A DNA stretch of 63,852 bases, the filler included, from Squatina squatina (taxonomy: Eukaryota): the NCBI GenBank assembly GCA_031763465.1. It is 4 parts of 4 records of this genome, joined end to end, with 100 filler letters (N's around TTAATTAATTAA, not from the genome) between each part and the next. Parts side by side here need not be neighbours in the genome. Positions count along the whole stretch, not along the records: positions 52,322 to 63,852 come from JARFOE010156856.1; 3 more parts are not named here. One strand, written 5' to 3'. Shown one piece after another: positions 53,532-63,852 of the stretch (position 1 is its first letter; the number at the start of each line of letters is the position of its first letter). Under the pieces are notes generated by a model. It was not told the DNA's origin. It did not search any database and saw nothing but the letters and a program-made list of their open reading frames with translations. The translations under genes were made by a program, and so were the position numbers.

Positions 53532-53797
53532 TCACATGTTTTCTTCTTCTCAATCTTCGAGAGAACGCAATTAAATTTTTCTTTGTGATAGAAGAGATTG
53601 TGCAATTAAACACAGCAAAGTACTTCAGATGCTGATAATCGAATAGCGATGAAGACATGTCCTCAAATCTGCCGCTCACCCACAAAGCAGTTCAAACTCA
53701 CAGATTCAAAAACAGCCATTGATGGAGAATCAAACTTAAACACAACTCGAGGGACGAGTGAAACCTGTGAACAGGCCCAAAGGCAGGTGCAGGTTTT

Positions 53798-53871
53798 GGC
53801 ACCGTGGCTTAGTTGGTTAAAGTGCTTGTCTGGTAAACTGGAGATCCTGGGTCTAATTCCTAGCCGGGCCT
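53798..53871 (+). pseudogene. tRNA-Thr-derived pseudogene (anticodon reads GGT)
   Basis: GGCACCGTGGCTTAGTTGGTTAAAGTGCTTGTCTGGTAAACTGGAGATCCTGGGTCTAATTCCTAGCCGGGCCT versus tRNA-Thr(AGT). T-loop/B box mutated. Confidence 0.8.
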
Positions 53872-54009
53872 CGTGATAATCAACATTTTGTGAATTTAAG
53901 TAACAAAATAAGAAGATTGTGCCTCTGTAATTGATGAGCAACCAGCTCGGAAATGCTGCCTCCGCTCTGCTCCCGCTCAGATTTAAACAGATGCTATTCT
54001 CTGCTTCTG

Positions 54010-54330
54010 CTCTTTACACCGCCGCACCTCTCCGCTCCCACTCTTTACACAGCCACACCTCTCCGCTCCCAGTCTTTACACAGCCGCACCTCTCCGCTCC
54101 CACTCTTTACACAGCCGCACCTCTCCGCTCCCACTCTTTACACAGCCGCAACTCTCCGCTCCCACTCTTTACACCGCCGCACCTCTCCGCTCCCACTCTT
54201 TACACAGCCGCACCTCTCCGCTCCCACTCTTTACACAGCCGCACCTCTCTGCTCCCACTCTTTACACAGCCGCACCTCTCCGCTCCCAGTCTTTACACAG
54301 CCGCAACTCTCCGCTCCCACTCTTGAAGCA
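54010..54330. repeat. 31-bp minisatellite, about 10.5 copies
   Basis: Unit CTCTTTACACAGCCGCACCTCTCCGCTCCCA with few substitutions. Confidence 0.97.
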
Positions 54331-54559
54331 GCTGCTCCTCTTCCCTCTGCCTCTTGAAGCAGCCGCTCCTTTCTGTTCCTGCCCTGTTTCATCAGTCACA
54401 TAAATCTGCTTCCACTTTTAAACAGCCACTCCACTCCGATTCTGCTCTGTTTCAATGGACCACCCCTTACAGCTCCTGCTATTTAAACGCCCAACAGAGC
54501 TTTTCAACAGTGCTTCGTACTATATTTTGTTATTTTTTTTACTGGATTACATTTATGAA

Positions 54560-54622
54560 ATATGCTTTAAACATGGGTTTCCCACGTGTCAGGCGAGAAT
54601 TCTACTCCTGCACCACCAATGC
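54560..54622 (-). pseudogene. tRNA-Gly pseudogene (anticodon reads GAC, 3' end lost)
   Basis: GCATTGGTGGTGCAGGAGTAGAATTCTCGCCTGACACGTGGGAAACCCATG. Confidence 0.75.
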
Positions 54623-54838
54623 TGACATTTTCCCTTTTTTATTAATTACGAGATAACGCAATTACATTTTACTTTTTCATCGCAGTGGTTGCACAATTAA
54701 ACACAGCAAAGTACTTCAGATGCTGAAAATGGAAGTGTGGAACGGACATATTTTCAAGTCTGCCGCTCACACACAAAGCAGCACAAACTCACGGATTCAA
54801 AAACAACCCATAGGTGGAGAATCAAAGAGCCGGGCTTT

Positions 54839-54913
54839 GGCTCCGTCGTTTAGTTGATTAAATATCAGTCTAATGAACAGAATATCCTGGGTTCGAGGTC
54901 CCAGCGTGGGCCT
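54839..54913 (+). pseudogene. tRNA-Thr-derived pseudogene
   Basis: GGCTCCGTCGTTTAGTTGATTAAA...ATCCTGGGTTCGAGGTCCCAGCGTGGGCCT. D and anticodon arms disrupted. Confidence 0.75.
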
Positions 54914-55267
54914 TGCATTGATCTGTTATATGTCATCTTCAGCAGCAAATCAAGACAAACTCTCATTTGTAATTGATTAGAAACAAGCTCGGAAACGAGA
55001 CCTCCTTCTCTGCTCCCGCTCTTTGAAAAACCCCATCCTTTCTGATCCCCATCTTTAAACACCTGCTGCGCTCTCCCTTGAAACAGCCACAATTCCCTGC
55101 TTCCCGCTCTGTTTTAAACGGCCGTTCCTCACTCCTTTTGCTCTTTCAGAAGCTGCTCCTTTCTGCTTCACATCTTTAAACCCACTGCAGAGCATTTTTC
55201 TGCAGTGCCTCATGTAACTTTTTCATTCAAATTGTTGACTGAAGTAAATTAATTTAATGCAGTGTTT

Positions 55268-55338
55268 TGCATTAGCCAGGAGTCGACCGAGGCCGACCAC
55301 ATGTCAGGTGATGAATTCTACCACTTCTCCACCAATGC
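55268..55338 (-). pseudogene. tRNA-Gly pseudogene (anticodon reads GAC)
   Basis: GCATTGGTGGAGAAGTGGTAGAATTCATCACCTGACATGTGG...CGACTCCTGGCTAATGCA, 71 nt. Confidence 0.75.
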
Positions 55339-55601
55339 TCACGTTAATTCTTTGGTCAATTTTCGAGAGAACACAATTATGTTTTTTTTTCATATCAGGG
55401 GTTGCACAATTAAACACAGCAAATACTTCAGATGCTGAAAATGGAGCGCGGTGAGGACATATCTTCATGTCTTCCTTTCACACACAAAGCAGCGCAAATT
55501 CACAGATTCAAAAAGAAACCACAGATGGAGAATCGAAATTAATCACAACTGGAAAGGTTACCAATACCTGTGGCCCAAGCGCCACAGTGGAGCTGGGCTT
55601 T

Positions 55602-55675
55602 GGCTACGTGGCTTAGTTGGTTAAAATGTCTGGCCTATAAACACATGGTCCTGTCTTTGATTCCCAGTGGGATCT
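55602..55675 (+). pseudogene. tRNA-Thr-derived pseudogene
   Basis: GGCTACGTGGCTTAGTTGGTTAAAATG...TTTGATTCCCAGTGGGATCT. Confidence 0.7.
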
Positions 55676-56666
55676 TGCGATAATCTATATTAAGTGAATT
55701 TAAGTAACAAAATACGACAGAATTGCATCTGTAATTTCTCAAGTACAGCTCGGAAAGGATATCTCCTCTCTGCTCCTAGCTCAGTTTTAAACGGTTGCTG
55801 CTCTTTCCTTCCTCTCTTTAAGCAGCCACACCTCTTCGCTTCCCCTCTTGAAACAGACGTGCCTCTCTGCTCCCAGTTTATTTTAAATGTCCGATTCACT
55901 CTGCTTCCACGTTTAAACAGTCACTTTTCTCTGCTCCCGGTTTTTAAACAGCAGCTGCTATCTGCTCCCGCTCTTTGAATGGCCACTCCTCTATGCTCGC
56001 TGCTCTTGCTCAGTTTTAAACGACCGCTAAGCTATGCTTCTGGTTTCTAAATAGCAGCTCCTCCCAATTCCCCTTCTTGCAATATAGAAACATGTAAAAT
56101 AGGAGGAGGAGTCGGACTTTCGGCCCTTCGAACCTGCTCCACTATTCAATATGATCATGGCTGATCATTCTAATTCATTACCCTGTTCCTGCTTTCTCCA
56201 CATACCACACAGAAGGGTCAAAGCTCCATTCCAGGCCTGTGCTATGTTTGCTATCTCATTCAGTGTGCTACTGACCCCCGTAGAGTGCAGAAACGGCAGT
56301 GACCCATCATTGGCCTGGGCTCCAGTGTATCTGATTCCCAGGGCACCCAGTGAAGCAACCACGTGTATATCTGATCTCTGCATTGATTAACAGTTGATAG
56401 CAATTCAAACAGTTGTGAGAAACCCATGTTCCATATTAATACCTCACTGTCAAGATTGCTTAATGAATGCCTCAAAACAGTTTTTCAAATTAGTTTCTTT
56501 GACATATTTTTTTAAATTACTATTTCCATGTTCCCACAATGAATGCTGCATTCTGTAATTGGGACAAAGAAACAGATGGTGGAGAGTTGCCCTCTTGTTC
56601 ATTGACCCGAAGTTTTGGCTCGGTAACTTCTCGCTTTTGTGCATGGCGTCTGGGATGGCTGCATTT

Positions 56667-56739
56667 GTCTCTGTGGAGTAATTGTTTAGTGCGTGTGGCT
56701 GTTCACAAAAGGTTGGTGGTTCAAGCCCACCCAGGGACG
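56667..56739 (+). pseudogene. tRNA-Asn(GTT) pseudogene
   Basis: GTCTCTGTGGAGTAATTGTTTAGTGCG...CTGTTCAC...GGTGGTTCAAGCCCACCCAGGGACG. Acceptor and T arms intact, D and anticodon arms damaged. Confidence 0.82.
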
Positions 56740-57354
56740 ATGATCTTTATTTCCCATTTCCAGGATTTATGTCTGATTTGGCAGCAAGATAATGGATAAA
56801 CTGCACTAAAAAGAGTTCAATTTGTGAAATTTTGAGATCATCCACCTGTTGTCAATTATAAATCGTGCAAAATGGTTGTCTTTCAACCAATCGATTATTT
56901 GCTCTTCCCCAACTCCAGAGTGAGGTCGGGACCAGCAGCAACATTCCGGATCTCACTCTCCAAGCAGCCGCTGCCGGCAAAAAGTGGCGAATGCAGCCTG
57001 AATCAGTGGGTTACTGTCCATCCCTGGGATACAAGGTACCACAGCCGGGAGCCAAACCTCCCCACACAGCGAACATAGACTCAGGAATACGCGGGGAGAT
57101 TATATCCCCAACACTGAGCCTTCTAGCAGCATTTACAAAATACCGGAGTTCGGGAAATTGTCATCAGCAATGAAAACTTTGACCCAGACAACTACAGTTT
57201 GTAAAATGGGACATGGTTTAATAGTTAGCATGTAAAGCACACAATAAGTTACTGAAGTATCGAATCTCCTTCAGTTAGCATCTCTTTAATTTTGCAAAAG
57301 ATTGTTATCAGGTATTTACTGATACTTTCCCCTGAAAGCAACATATAATTAATT

Positions 57355-57426
57355 TACCCAACGTGGGGCCCAAATCCCCGACCCTGAGATTCAGAGTCTC
57401 CTGCTTTATGGACTGATTCGCTGGGC
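57355..57426 (-). pseudogene. tRNA-Lys(CTT)-derived pseudogene (anticodon reads CTG)
   Basis: GCCCAGCGAATCAGTCCATAAAGCAGGAGACTCTGAATCTCAGGGTCGGGGATTTGGGCCCCACGTTGGGTA. Confidence 0.78.
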
Positions 57427-57888
57427 CTCACTTGGAATGAGCCTCCTTGTCGCAGATGTCAGCCTGGCTGCACTGGGCCTGGATTCACCCCAGGGCTTTA
57501 ACCTGTTCTATTAACCACGAACCAGGTTCTGTTGAATTCTAACGTGTGCCAGGCAATCAACCATTGAAAGCCCTTTCCTTAAGGACAGGGTTTCAGGCAA
57601 ATGTCTGACAGGAAAGCGCATTGAGCCCTTGTCAATATCCCTTGTCTATTCTGCTGTGTTTGCTGATTCAGTCTGTCTCTCTGGCTCAGTTTCATCTGTG
57701 AGTGGCCACCTGCAGGTTGATCGTAAAACAATACGTGTGTGTCTTGTGAGATCAAATGCCTGAAGATCTCATATACTTATCTGTTTGGCACTGGAGAAAG
57801 AATGAGGCCGACATTCGAGCGAGGGTCTGATTACCATGAAACAGCAAAGAAAAGGTTAATTCCACGCTATCAACATTATAAGGAACTT

Positions 57889-57959
57889 TGACCCGATGTG
57901 ATTTGAACATAAAGCCTTCAAATTTTCAGTCAGACACGCTACTGTTGCGCCACAAGGTC
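57889..57959 (-). pseudogene. tRNA-Trp-derived pseudogene
   Basis: GACCTTGTGGCGCAACAGTAGCGTGTCTGACTGAAAATTTGAAGGC...GTTCAAATCACATCGGGTCA. CCA anticodon lost. Confidence 0.78.
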
Positions 57960-59056
57960 AACAGTGCCACCTGGCGATGTTTGACTATATGAACGTTCTG
58001 AAACATAGTTTTATTTGTCCTGCATTGGTGTGATGAAACTGTTTTAAAATCCCAACGAGTTGGAATTCAAACTTGGTGATTTGGCACAACTTTTTCTACG
58101 TTACAACACTGACTGCACTTCAAGAGTACTTCATTTTCTGTAAAGCGGTTTGGGACGTCGTGATGTTGGTTAGGGCGGTGTGTAAATGCAAGTATTTCTT
58201 TGCAACACTTCCAACTGCAAGTTCAAAAATATTGGCAAGAAGAAAACTCGCCCAGAGATTTGTACCTGGGGCATCTCGCTATTATTCAAACAACAGCTCC
58301 CTAAGGGGAAAATCCGAGACCATGAAGCCGACTGCGTAACATTAACACAGTTAGAGAAAACCATTGGCAAACCATGTTAAATGTGTGGTTATTCTTGATA
58401 ATCAGGGCACTTGAGACCGAGGCAGTGACATTGCCTTTTCCACCTGTGTTCTAAAGCGATGGTTCCACTCCCACAGTTAATAAACTGTTCGGACATTAAT
58501 GTGTTCAGGCTGCTGGAATCCATCCCGAGCGCAGCAGAGGAGATTCTGCACCAGTCCTGCGTGGAAACGTTTTTTTATCATCTCTTTTCCTCTTGTGCTT
58601 CTATTTCACTTTCTCTTCCGATGTTGCAGTTTCCAGAATCATAACACGGTCGGGGATATGTTTGAAGATGCGGTTTCTTTAAAAGGGCACCAGACATTCA
58701 GATTGAAATTGCAATTTGAATCCGATCACTGGCCCTGCGTTTTCCGGTTCTATTATCTTCTGCTTCCACACTCTCGATGACAAAGTTCCCATAAAATAAG
58801 ACCCAACTCTTCAGGCAGCAACACGCAAGGGGGCGATTCCCCATATCAGTGGCCACTTTCCCCAAATCATTCTGAAAGTGCAATAAACAAAACTGTGTGC
58901 TGTATGGGAAATATAACTGAGAATTATTCCTACACTGTAGTGGTATTTGATTGGCATAATTCGCTTGTTAATGTGTACTTATGTACACTGAACGAAACAT
59001 GTAAATTATCCCAGTCTTCATATTTCCTCAACTTGAATGGAGAAAAGCTATCAAAT

Positions 59057-59129
59057 TGCTTCCAGCAACATTCCAACCTTTGGCATTTCCTCCATTAGTG
59101 GAATGTGATAACCGCTACACACCGGAAAC
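59057..59129 (-). pseudogene. tRNA-Val-derived pseudogene
   Basis: GTTTCCGGTGTGTAGCGGTTATCACATTC... matches the tRNA-Val 5' half. 3' half degenerate. Confidence 0.65.
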
Positions 59130-59598
59130 ACTCAGCACTGAGGTGCATTGCATTGCAACGACTCAGCAGGAACAGCAAGAGGCCATTCAGCCCCTCAGGC
59201 TTGTTCCGCCATTCAGTTAGACCCTGGCTGCTCTGGAACTGAACTGTATCTACCCGCTTTGGTTCCATAGCCCTTAATAGCCTTGCCTAACGAAAATATT
59301 TCGACTGAAGTGCAAATCTTTACCCTGAAACCAGCTGCGCTCCCGAATACAGAGAGAAAAGGCTTCTTACTGACCGTCACAGCACAGGTTAAAGTCTTTC
59401 ATTTCTGAGCTTTACTCGGGAGGGACTCGGAGATTCCCAAATGGAACAAAAGATGAAATGGACGTCACTGCACATTAGTTTTCTCTCACTCAAAGTAATC
59501 AATTGTTGAAGTGAATTAAACAGCAATTCAAGAATAAGGAAGCGGCCTCTGTCACCGTTTTGACAGGAGAATTGTTTGTTGATCCACTGCATGTTTAA

Positions 59599-59671
59599 AC
59601 ATAATGCTCGGGATCAAACCAGCAACGTTGCACTTGTAAAGTGAACATGTTAACCACGACACTAGGGGAAC
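59599..59671 (-). pseudogene. tRNA-Val-derived pseudogene (TAC-like)
   Basis: GTTCCCCTAGTGTCGTGGTTAACATGTTCACTTTACAAGTGC...GGTTTGATCCCG. Confidence 0.62.
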
Positions 59672-60529
59672 AGCTGATGCCCTCATTTTTTAATGGACAC
59701 AAATAGACGTGTTCCGTGAAGTGTTCCGGCCAGCTTGATAAACCAGGCCCTGCTCCCCACCTTTACGGGATCTCCCAATGCGCTTCATAGACGGGTCATC
59801 AAAAATATGGACGCCAAGTCCAAAGAAGGGGCCATTGGGATGTGTGACCAAAAGTCTCCTCAAATCTTACGGCTTCAGGGAGCATCTTAAAGGAGAACAC
59901 GGGAGAGTTAGGGCAGGGAATTGGAGACAGTGAGGCACAGGTTATGTCAGCCTATTTGTACTGTGAACAGAATGGGGGCGCACACGAGGCTGGTGTCATA
60001 GAATTTATAATCTTTGGATCATAGAATCTTGCAGTACACAAGGAGGCTAGTCTGTAAAAAGTTACAGAACACAAAATGTCTGTAATATTCCACGTTGTTC
60101 ACTCGAGTCTGGTGTGTTGTGAATGGAGAGAAGGCCCGGAGTCCCACTGAGCTGCAGTGACCACGAGCCAAGGTGAAATTATATCAATTTCAATCTTTAG
60201 CAGTGAGCGGGTGGAGATAGTTAGGAGTCCAGAATCAATGAGTAATATTCTGTAGTGTTGTTGAATCTCATTTATGTCAATAACTCCTTGAATTCTCCGC
60301 TTGGGAATTCAGAGCTGGGGATCGCCTGTGAAATCAGCTTAAAAGAATTGAAACAACAGCCTCAGTCCCCCATCTGTCAGTTATGGAAGGGTGGCAGCTG
60401 GTGGCTCCGCCCCAGGGGCTCAGCTTGTGAGCAAAGTTTGCAGATCTCACCCGGTGAGGTCCTGAGCACCACACAACAGAATGTGATCAGGTTCCTTCCT
60501 GGGCCTTAGGCATGTTAGTTTGATGCACA

Positions 60530-61060
60530 CGGTGTGGTACTGAGCCCCACAAAGAACAGGGAAAGCTCAGGCTCCATCCCCGGCCTGTGGTATGTTACTC
60601 CATCTCAATCGGTGAGATACTAGCCCCACACAGAACAGTGAAAGCCCAGGCTCCATCCCCGGCCTGTGGTGTGTTACTCCATCTCAATCATGAGATACTG
60701 AGCCGCACAAGGAACAGGGAAAGCCGAGGCTCCATCCTCGGCCTGTTGTGTGTTACTCCCTCTGATCCAATGTGAAACTGAGCCCCAAAAAGAACAGGGA
60801 AATCCCAGGCTCCATCACCGGCCTGTGGTGTGTTACTCCATCTGAACCAGTGTGATACTGAGCCTCACAAAGAACAGGGAAAGCCGAGGCTCCATCCCAG
60901 GCCTGTGGTGTGTTACTCCATCTCAACCAGTGTGGTACTGAGCCCCACAAAGAACAGGGAAAGCCCAGGCTCCATCCCCGGCCTGTGGTGTGTTACTCCA
61001 TCTGAGCCAGTGTGGTACTGAGCTCCACAAAGAACAGGGAAAGCTTGATATCCAGTCTGT
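60530..61060 (+). repeat. 80-bp tandem repeat, about 6.5 copies, resembling a tRNA/SINE head
   Basis: Unit TGTGGTACTGAGCCCCACAAAGAACAGGGAAAGCCCAGGCTCCATCCCCGGCCTGTGGTGTGTTACTCCATCTGAACCAG, starting at about 60533, 60612, 60691, 60771, 60851, 60931 and 61011. Confidence 0.95.
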
Positions 61061-61641
61061 GTTGATGTTCTCTTCCAGTGGAGCCACTCAGAGCCGGGTG
61101 TGATCAGCTTCCGTTCCCGTGTTGTGTTCAGTTTTCTGATCTCAGCCACCGTTTATTTAGCACCAAACAGACCAGGATGAGCCACTGCTCCATTCCAGTC
61201 CTGTGGTAGGTTCGTTATTCTCATTCAGTGTGCTGCTGACCCCCACAGTGAGCAGAAAGGGCAGTGACCCATCATTGACCTGGGCTCTGGTGTATTTGGT
61301 TCCCAGGGCACCTAGTGAAGCAACCACGTGCATATCTGATCTATACGTTGTTGAACAGTTCATAACAATTCCAACAGTTGTGAGAAACCCATGTCCCATA
61401 TTAATACCTCACTGTCACGATTGGTTTATGAACTGAGCTAATGGCTCAAAATAAGTTTTCAACTTAGTTTCTTTCACGTATTTTCTTTAAATGACTATTT
61501 CCATATTCCCACAATGAATGTTGCATTCTTTAATTGGGACAAGGAAACAGATAGTGGAGAGTTGCCCTCTTGTTCACTGACCTGAAGTTTTGGCTCGGGA
61601 ACTTTCTGCTTTTGTACATGTTGTATGGGCTGGTCACAGAT

Positions 61642-61715
61642 GTTTCTGTGGAGTAATTAATTAGCGCATTCAGATGTTAACAGAAAGGTTGGTGGTTCAA
61701 GCCCACCCAGAGACG
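61642..61715 (+). pseudogene. tRNA-Asn(GTT) variant, probable pseudogene
   Basis: Acceptor stem (GTTTCTG/CAGAGAC), GTT anticodon and T arm retained. D-loop GG lost and anticodon stem mismatched. Confidence 0.8.
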
Positions 61716-62342
61716 ATGTTTTTTATTTCCCATTTCCAGGATTTCAATATGTCTGATTTGGCAGCAAGATAGTGAATAAACTGCACTAGAAGGGCTTCAA
61801 TGTGGGAAATTTTGAGATCATCCACCTGTAGTCAGTTATAAATCGTGCTAAATGGTTGTTTTTCAACCGTTCGATTATTCGCTCTTCCCCAACTCCAGAG
61901 TGAGATCGGGACCAGCCGCAACATTCCGGACACGCACTCTCCAATTAGCCGCTGCCGGCAAAAAGCAGCGAATGCAGCCTGAATCAGCGGGTTACTGTCC
62001 TTTCCCGGGATACAAGGTACCACGGCCGGGGCCAAACCTCCCCACACACCGATCACAGGCTCAGGAATACCCGGTAAGATTATATCCTCGTCACTGAGCC
62101 TTCTTGCAATCTACAAAATACCGGAGTTAGGGGGAATTGTCACCAGCAATGAACACTTTGAACCAGACAACTACAGTGTGTAAAATGGAACATGGTTTAA
62201 TAGTAAACATGTAAAGCACGAACTAAATTATTGAAGTATCGATTTTCCTTCAGTTAGCATCTCTTTTATTTTGCAAAAGATTGTTATCAGGTATTTACTG
62301 ATGCTTTGCTGAAACTGATACTAAAGCAACATATAAGTCATT

Positions 62343-62414
62343 TACCCACTGTGGGGCCCAAATCACCGAACCTGAGATTCAGAGTCTAATGCTCTATGGA
62401 CTGATTAACTGGGC
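62343..62414 (-). pseudogene. tRNA-Lys-derived pseudogene (anticodon reads CTG)
   Basis: Paralogue of 57355-57426. Confidence 0.75.
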
Positions 62415-62733
62415 CTTATTGGAACGGGCCTCCTTGTCGCGTAGAAAGTTCCCAGACCCAGTTTTAAACAAGATAAGGCCCACCTCTTCAAGCAGCGACA
62501 TGCGAGGGGGCGATTCCAAATATCAGCGCACACTTTCCCTAAATCTTTCTGAACGTGCCTCAATAAAAACAGTTTCCTGTATGGGAAATATAACTGAGAA
62601 TTATTCCCTCAGTGCAACTGCGACATTTGATTGGCATAATTCGCTTCTTGATGTGTGTTTATGAACACTGAACCAAACATGTAAATTCCAATTTCCATAT
62701 TTACTAAACTTGAATGGAGAAAAGCCAACAAAT

Positions 62734-62805
62734 TGCTTCCAGCCACATTCAACAGTTGATAATTTGTGCATTAGTGGAATGCAATAACTGCTACACACCG
62801 GAAAC
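62734..62805 (-). pseudogene. tRNA-Val-derived pseudogene
   Basis: Paralogue of 59057-59129. Confidence 0.6.
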
Positions 62806-63272
62806 CCTCAGCACGAGGGTGCGATGCATTGCAACAATGCAATAGGAAGAAGAAGAGGCCATTCAGCCCTTCAGGCTTGTTCCTCCATTCAGTTAGAGCA
62901 TTGCTGGTCTGGAACCGAACTCCATCCATCCGCTTTGGTTCCATAAACCTTAGTACCCTTGCCGAACGAAATTATTTCAATTGTAGTGGCAATTTTTAGC
63001 CTAAAACCAGCTGCACGCCCGGATCCAGGCTTCTTACTGATGGCTACCATGCAGATTAATGAATTACATGTGCGAACTTTACTCGGGAGGGATTCGGAGA
63101 TTCCCAAAGGAAAAAAAAGATGAACTGAGCATCACTCTGGATCAATTTTCTCTCACTCAAAGTAATCTATTTACTGAAGTGAAATAAAGAGCAATTAATG
63201 AATAAGGGAGCGGCCTCTGTCACCGTTTCGACAGCAGAATTGGTTGTTGATCCAGTGCATGTTTAATCATAA

Positions 63273-63345
63273 TATTCCTACTTGGGATCATACCAGCAAC
63301 GTCGCACGTATAAAGTGAACATGATAACCACGACACTACAGAGAC
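63273..63345 (-). pseudogene. tRNA-Val-derived pseudogene
   Basis: GTCTCTGTAGTGTCGTGGTTATCATGTTCACTTTATACGTGCG..., paralogue of 59599-59671. Confidence 0.62.
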
Positions 63346-63777
63346 AGCTGATGCCCTCATTTTTTAACAGACGGACGTGTTCGGCAAAGTGTTCTGCCCA
63401 GCTTAAAAAACCCGGCCCCGTTCCCCACCTCTGGGGGATCTACCAATGTGCTTCATACAGATGTCATCAAAAATGTGCAAGCCAAGTCCAAAGAAGGAGC
63501 TGTTATCATGTGTAACCAAAAGATTCCTCAAGCTTACGGCTTTAGGGAGCCTCTTAAAGGAGGGCACGGGAGAGTTAAGGCAGGAAATTCCAGAGAGTGA
63601 GGCACAGGTTATGTCAGATTATTTGTATTGTGAAGAGAATGGGGGCGCACATGAATCTGGAGTCATTGAATCTTAGAATCTTCGGATCAGAGAATCTTGC
63701 AGTACACAAGGAGGTTATTCTGTAAAAAAGTTACAGAACACAAAATGTCTGTAATATTCCACATTGTTTACTCGGCT

Positions 63778-63852
63778 CATAGAAACATAGAAACATAGAA
63801 AATAGGTGCAGGAGTAGGCCATTAGGCCCTTCGAGCCTGCACCGCCATTCAA
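63778..63852 (-). mobile_element. CR1-type LINE 3' tail
   Basis: (CATAGAAA)n then ATAGGTGCAGGAGTAGGCCATTAGGCCCTTC. Near-identical to 39619-39706. Related ends at 56085-56165, 25028-25100 and 28414-28505. Confidence 0.85.

Larger units (their letters stand above)
56200..60105. repeat. tRNA cassette copy A (Asn, Lys, Trp, Val, Val)
   Basis: Collinear with 61160-63775, except that about 57453-58780 is absent from copy B. Confidence 0.92.
61160..63775. repeat. tRNA cassette copy B (Asn, Lys, Val, Val)
   Basis: Diverged duplicate of 56200-60105. Confidence 0.92.

Noticed and set aside
53931-54357. Long repetitive ORFs of 131-134 aa
   Set aside because: Translations of the stop-free 31-bp minisatellite, with no splice signals or homology.
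57773-57783. ATACTTATCTG resembling the U1 snRNA 5' end
   Set aside because: No downstream U1 sequence or Sm site.
60530-61060. CRISPR-like array
   Set aside because: Units are homologous over their full 80 bp with no unique spacers, there are no cas genes, and the context is vertebrate.

Overview
Vertebrate genomic DNA, most likely a cartilaginous fish (inferred from the repeat families), from a very fragmented assembly. Contigs of about 1-6 kb are joined by 100-N gaps. Three artificial N44-TTAATTAATTAA-N44 linkers (13602-13701, 35934-36033, 52222-52321) split the window into four unrelated blocks. Block 1 (1-13601) has no exon I can recognise, only SINEs, MITEs and a Harbinger Myb/SANT remnant. 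Block 2 (13702-35933) holds three exons of an intron-containing LCMT2/TYW4 (-), one NmrA-like exon (+) and three exons of ETV5 (-). It also has a nested cluster at 16.0-18.2 kb made of a CR1 tail, Penelope-type repeats with a minimal hammerhead ribozyme and an R2-clade retrotransposon fossil. Block 3 (36034-52221) holds exons of PREX2 (-), CPA6 (+) and the first coding exon of ARFGEF1 (+), in the same order and relative orientation as in human. Block 4 (52322-63852) is a decaying tandem tRNA-pseudogene region: a Gly/Thr unit three times and an Asn-Lys-(Trp)-Val-Val cassette twice, plus 31-bp and 80-bp tandem repeats. Most ORFs in the supplied track are spurious. All gene and repeat calls come from manual translation and recalled family sequences, with no database search.
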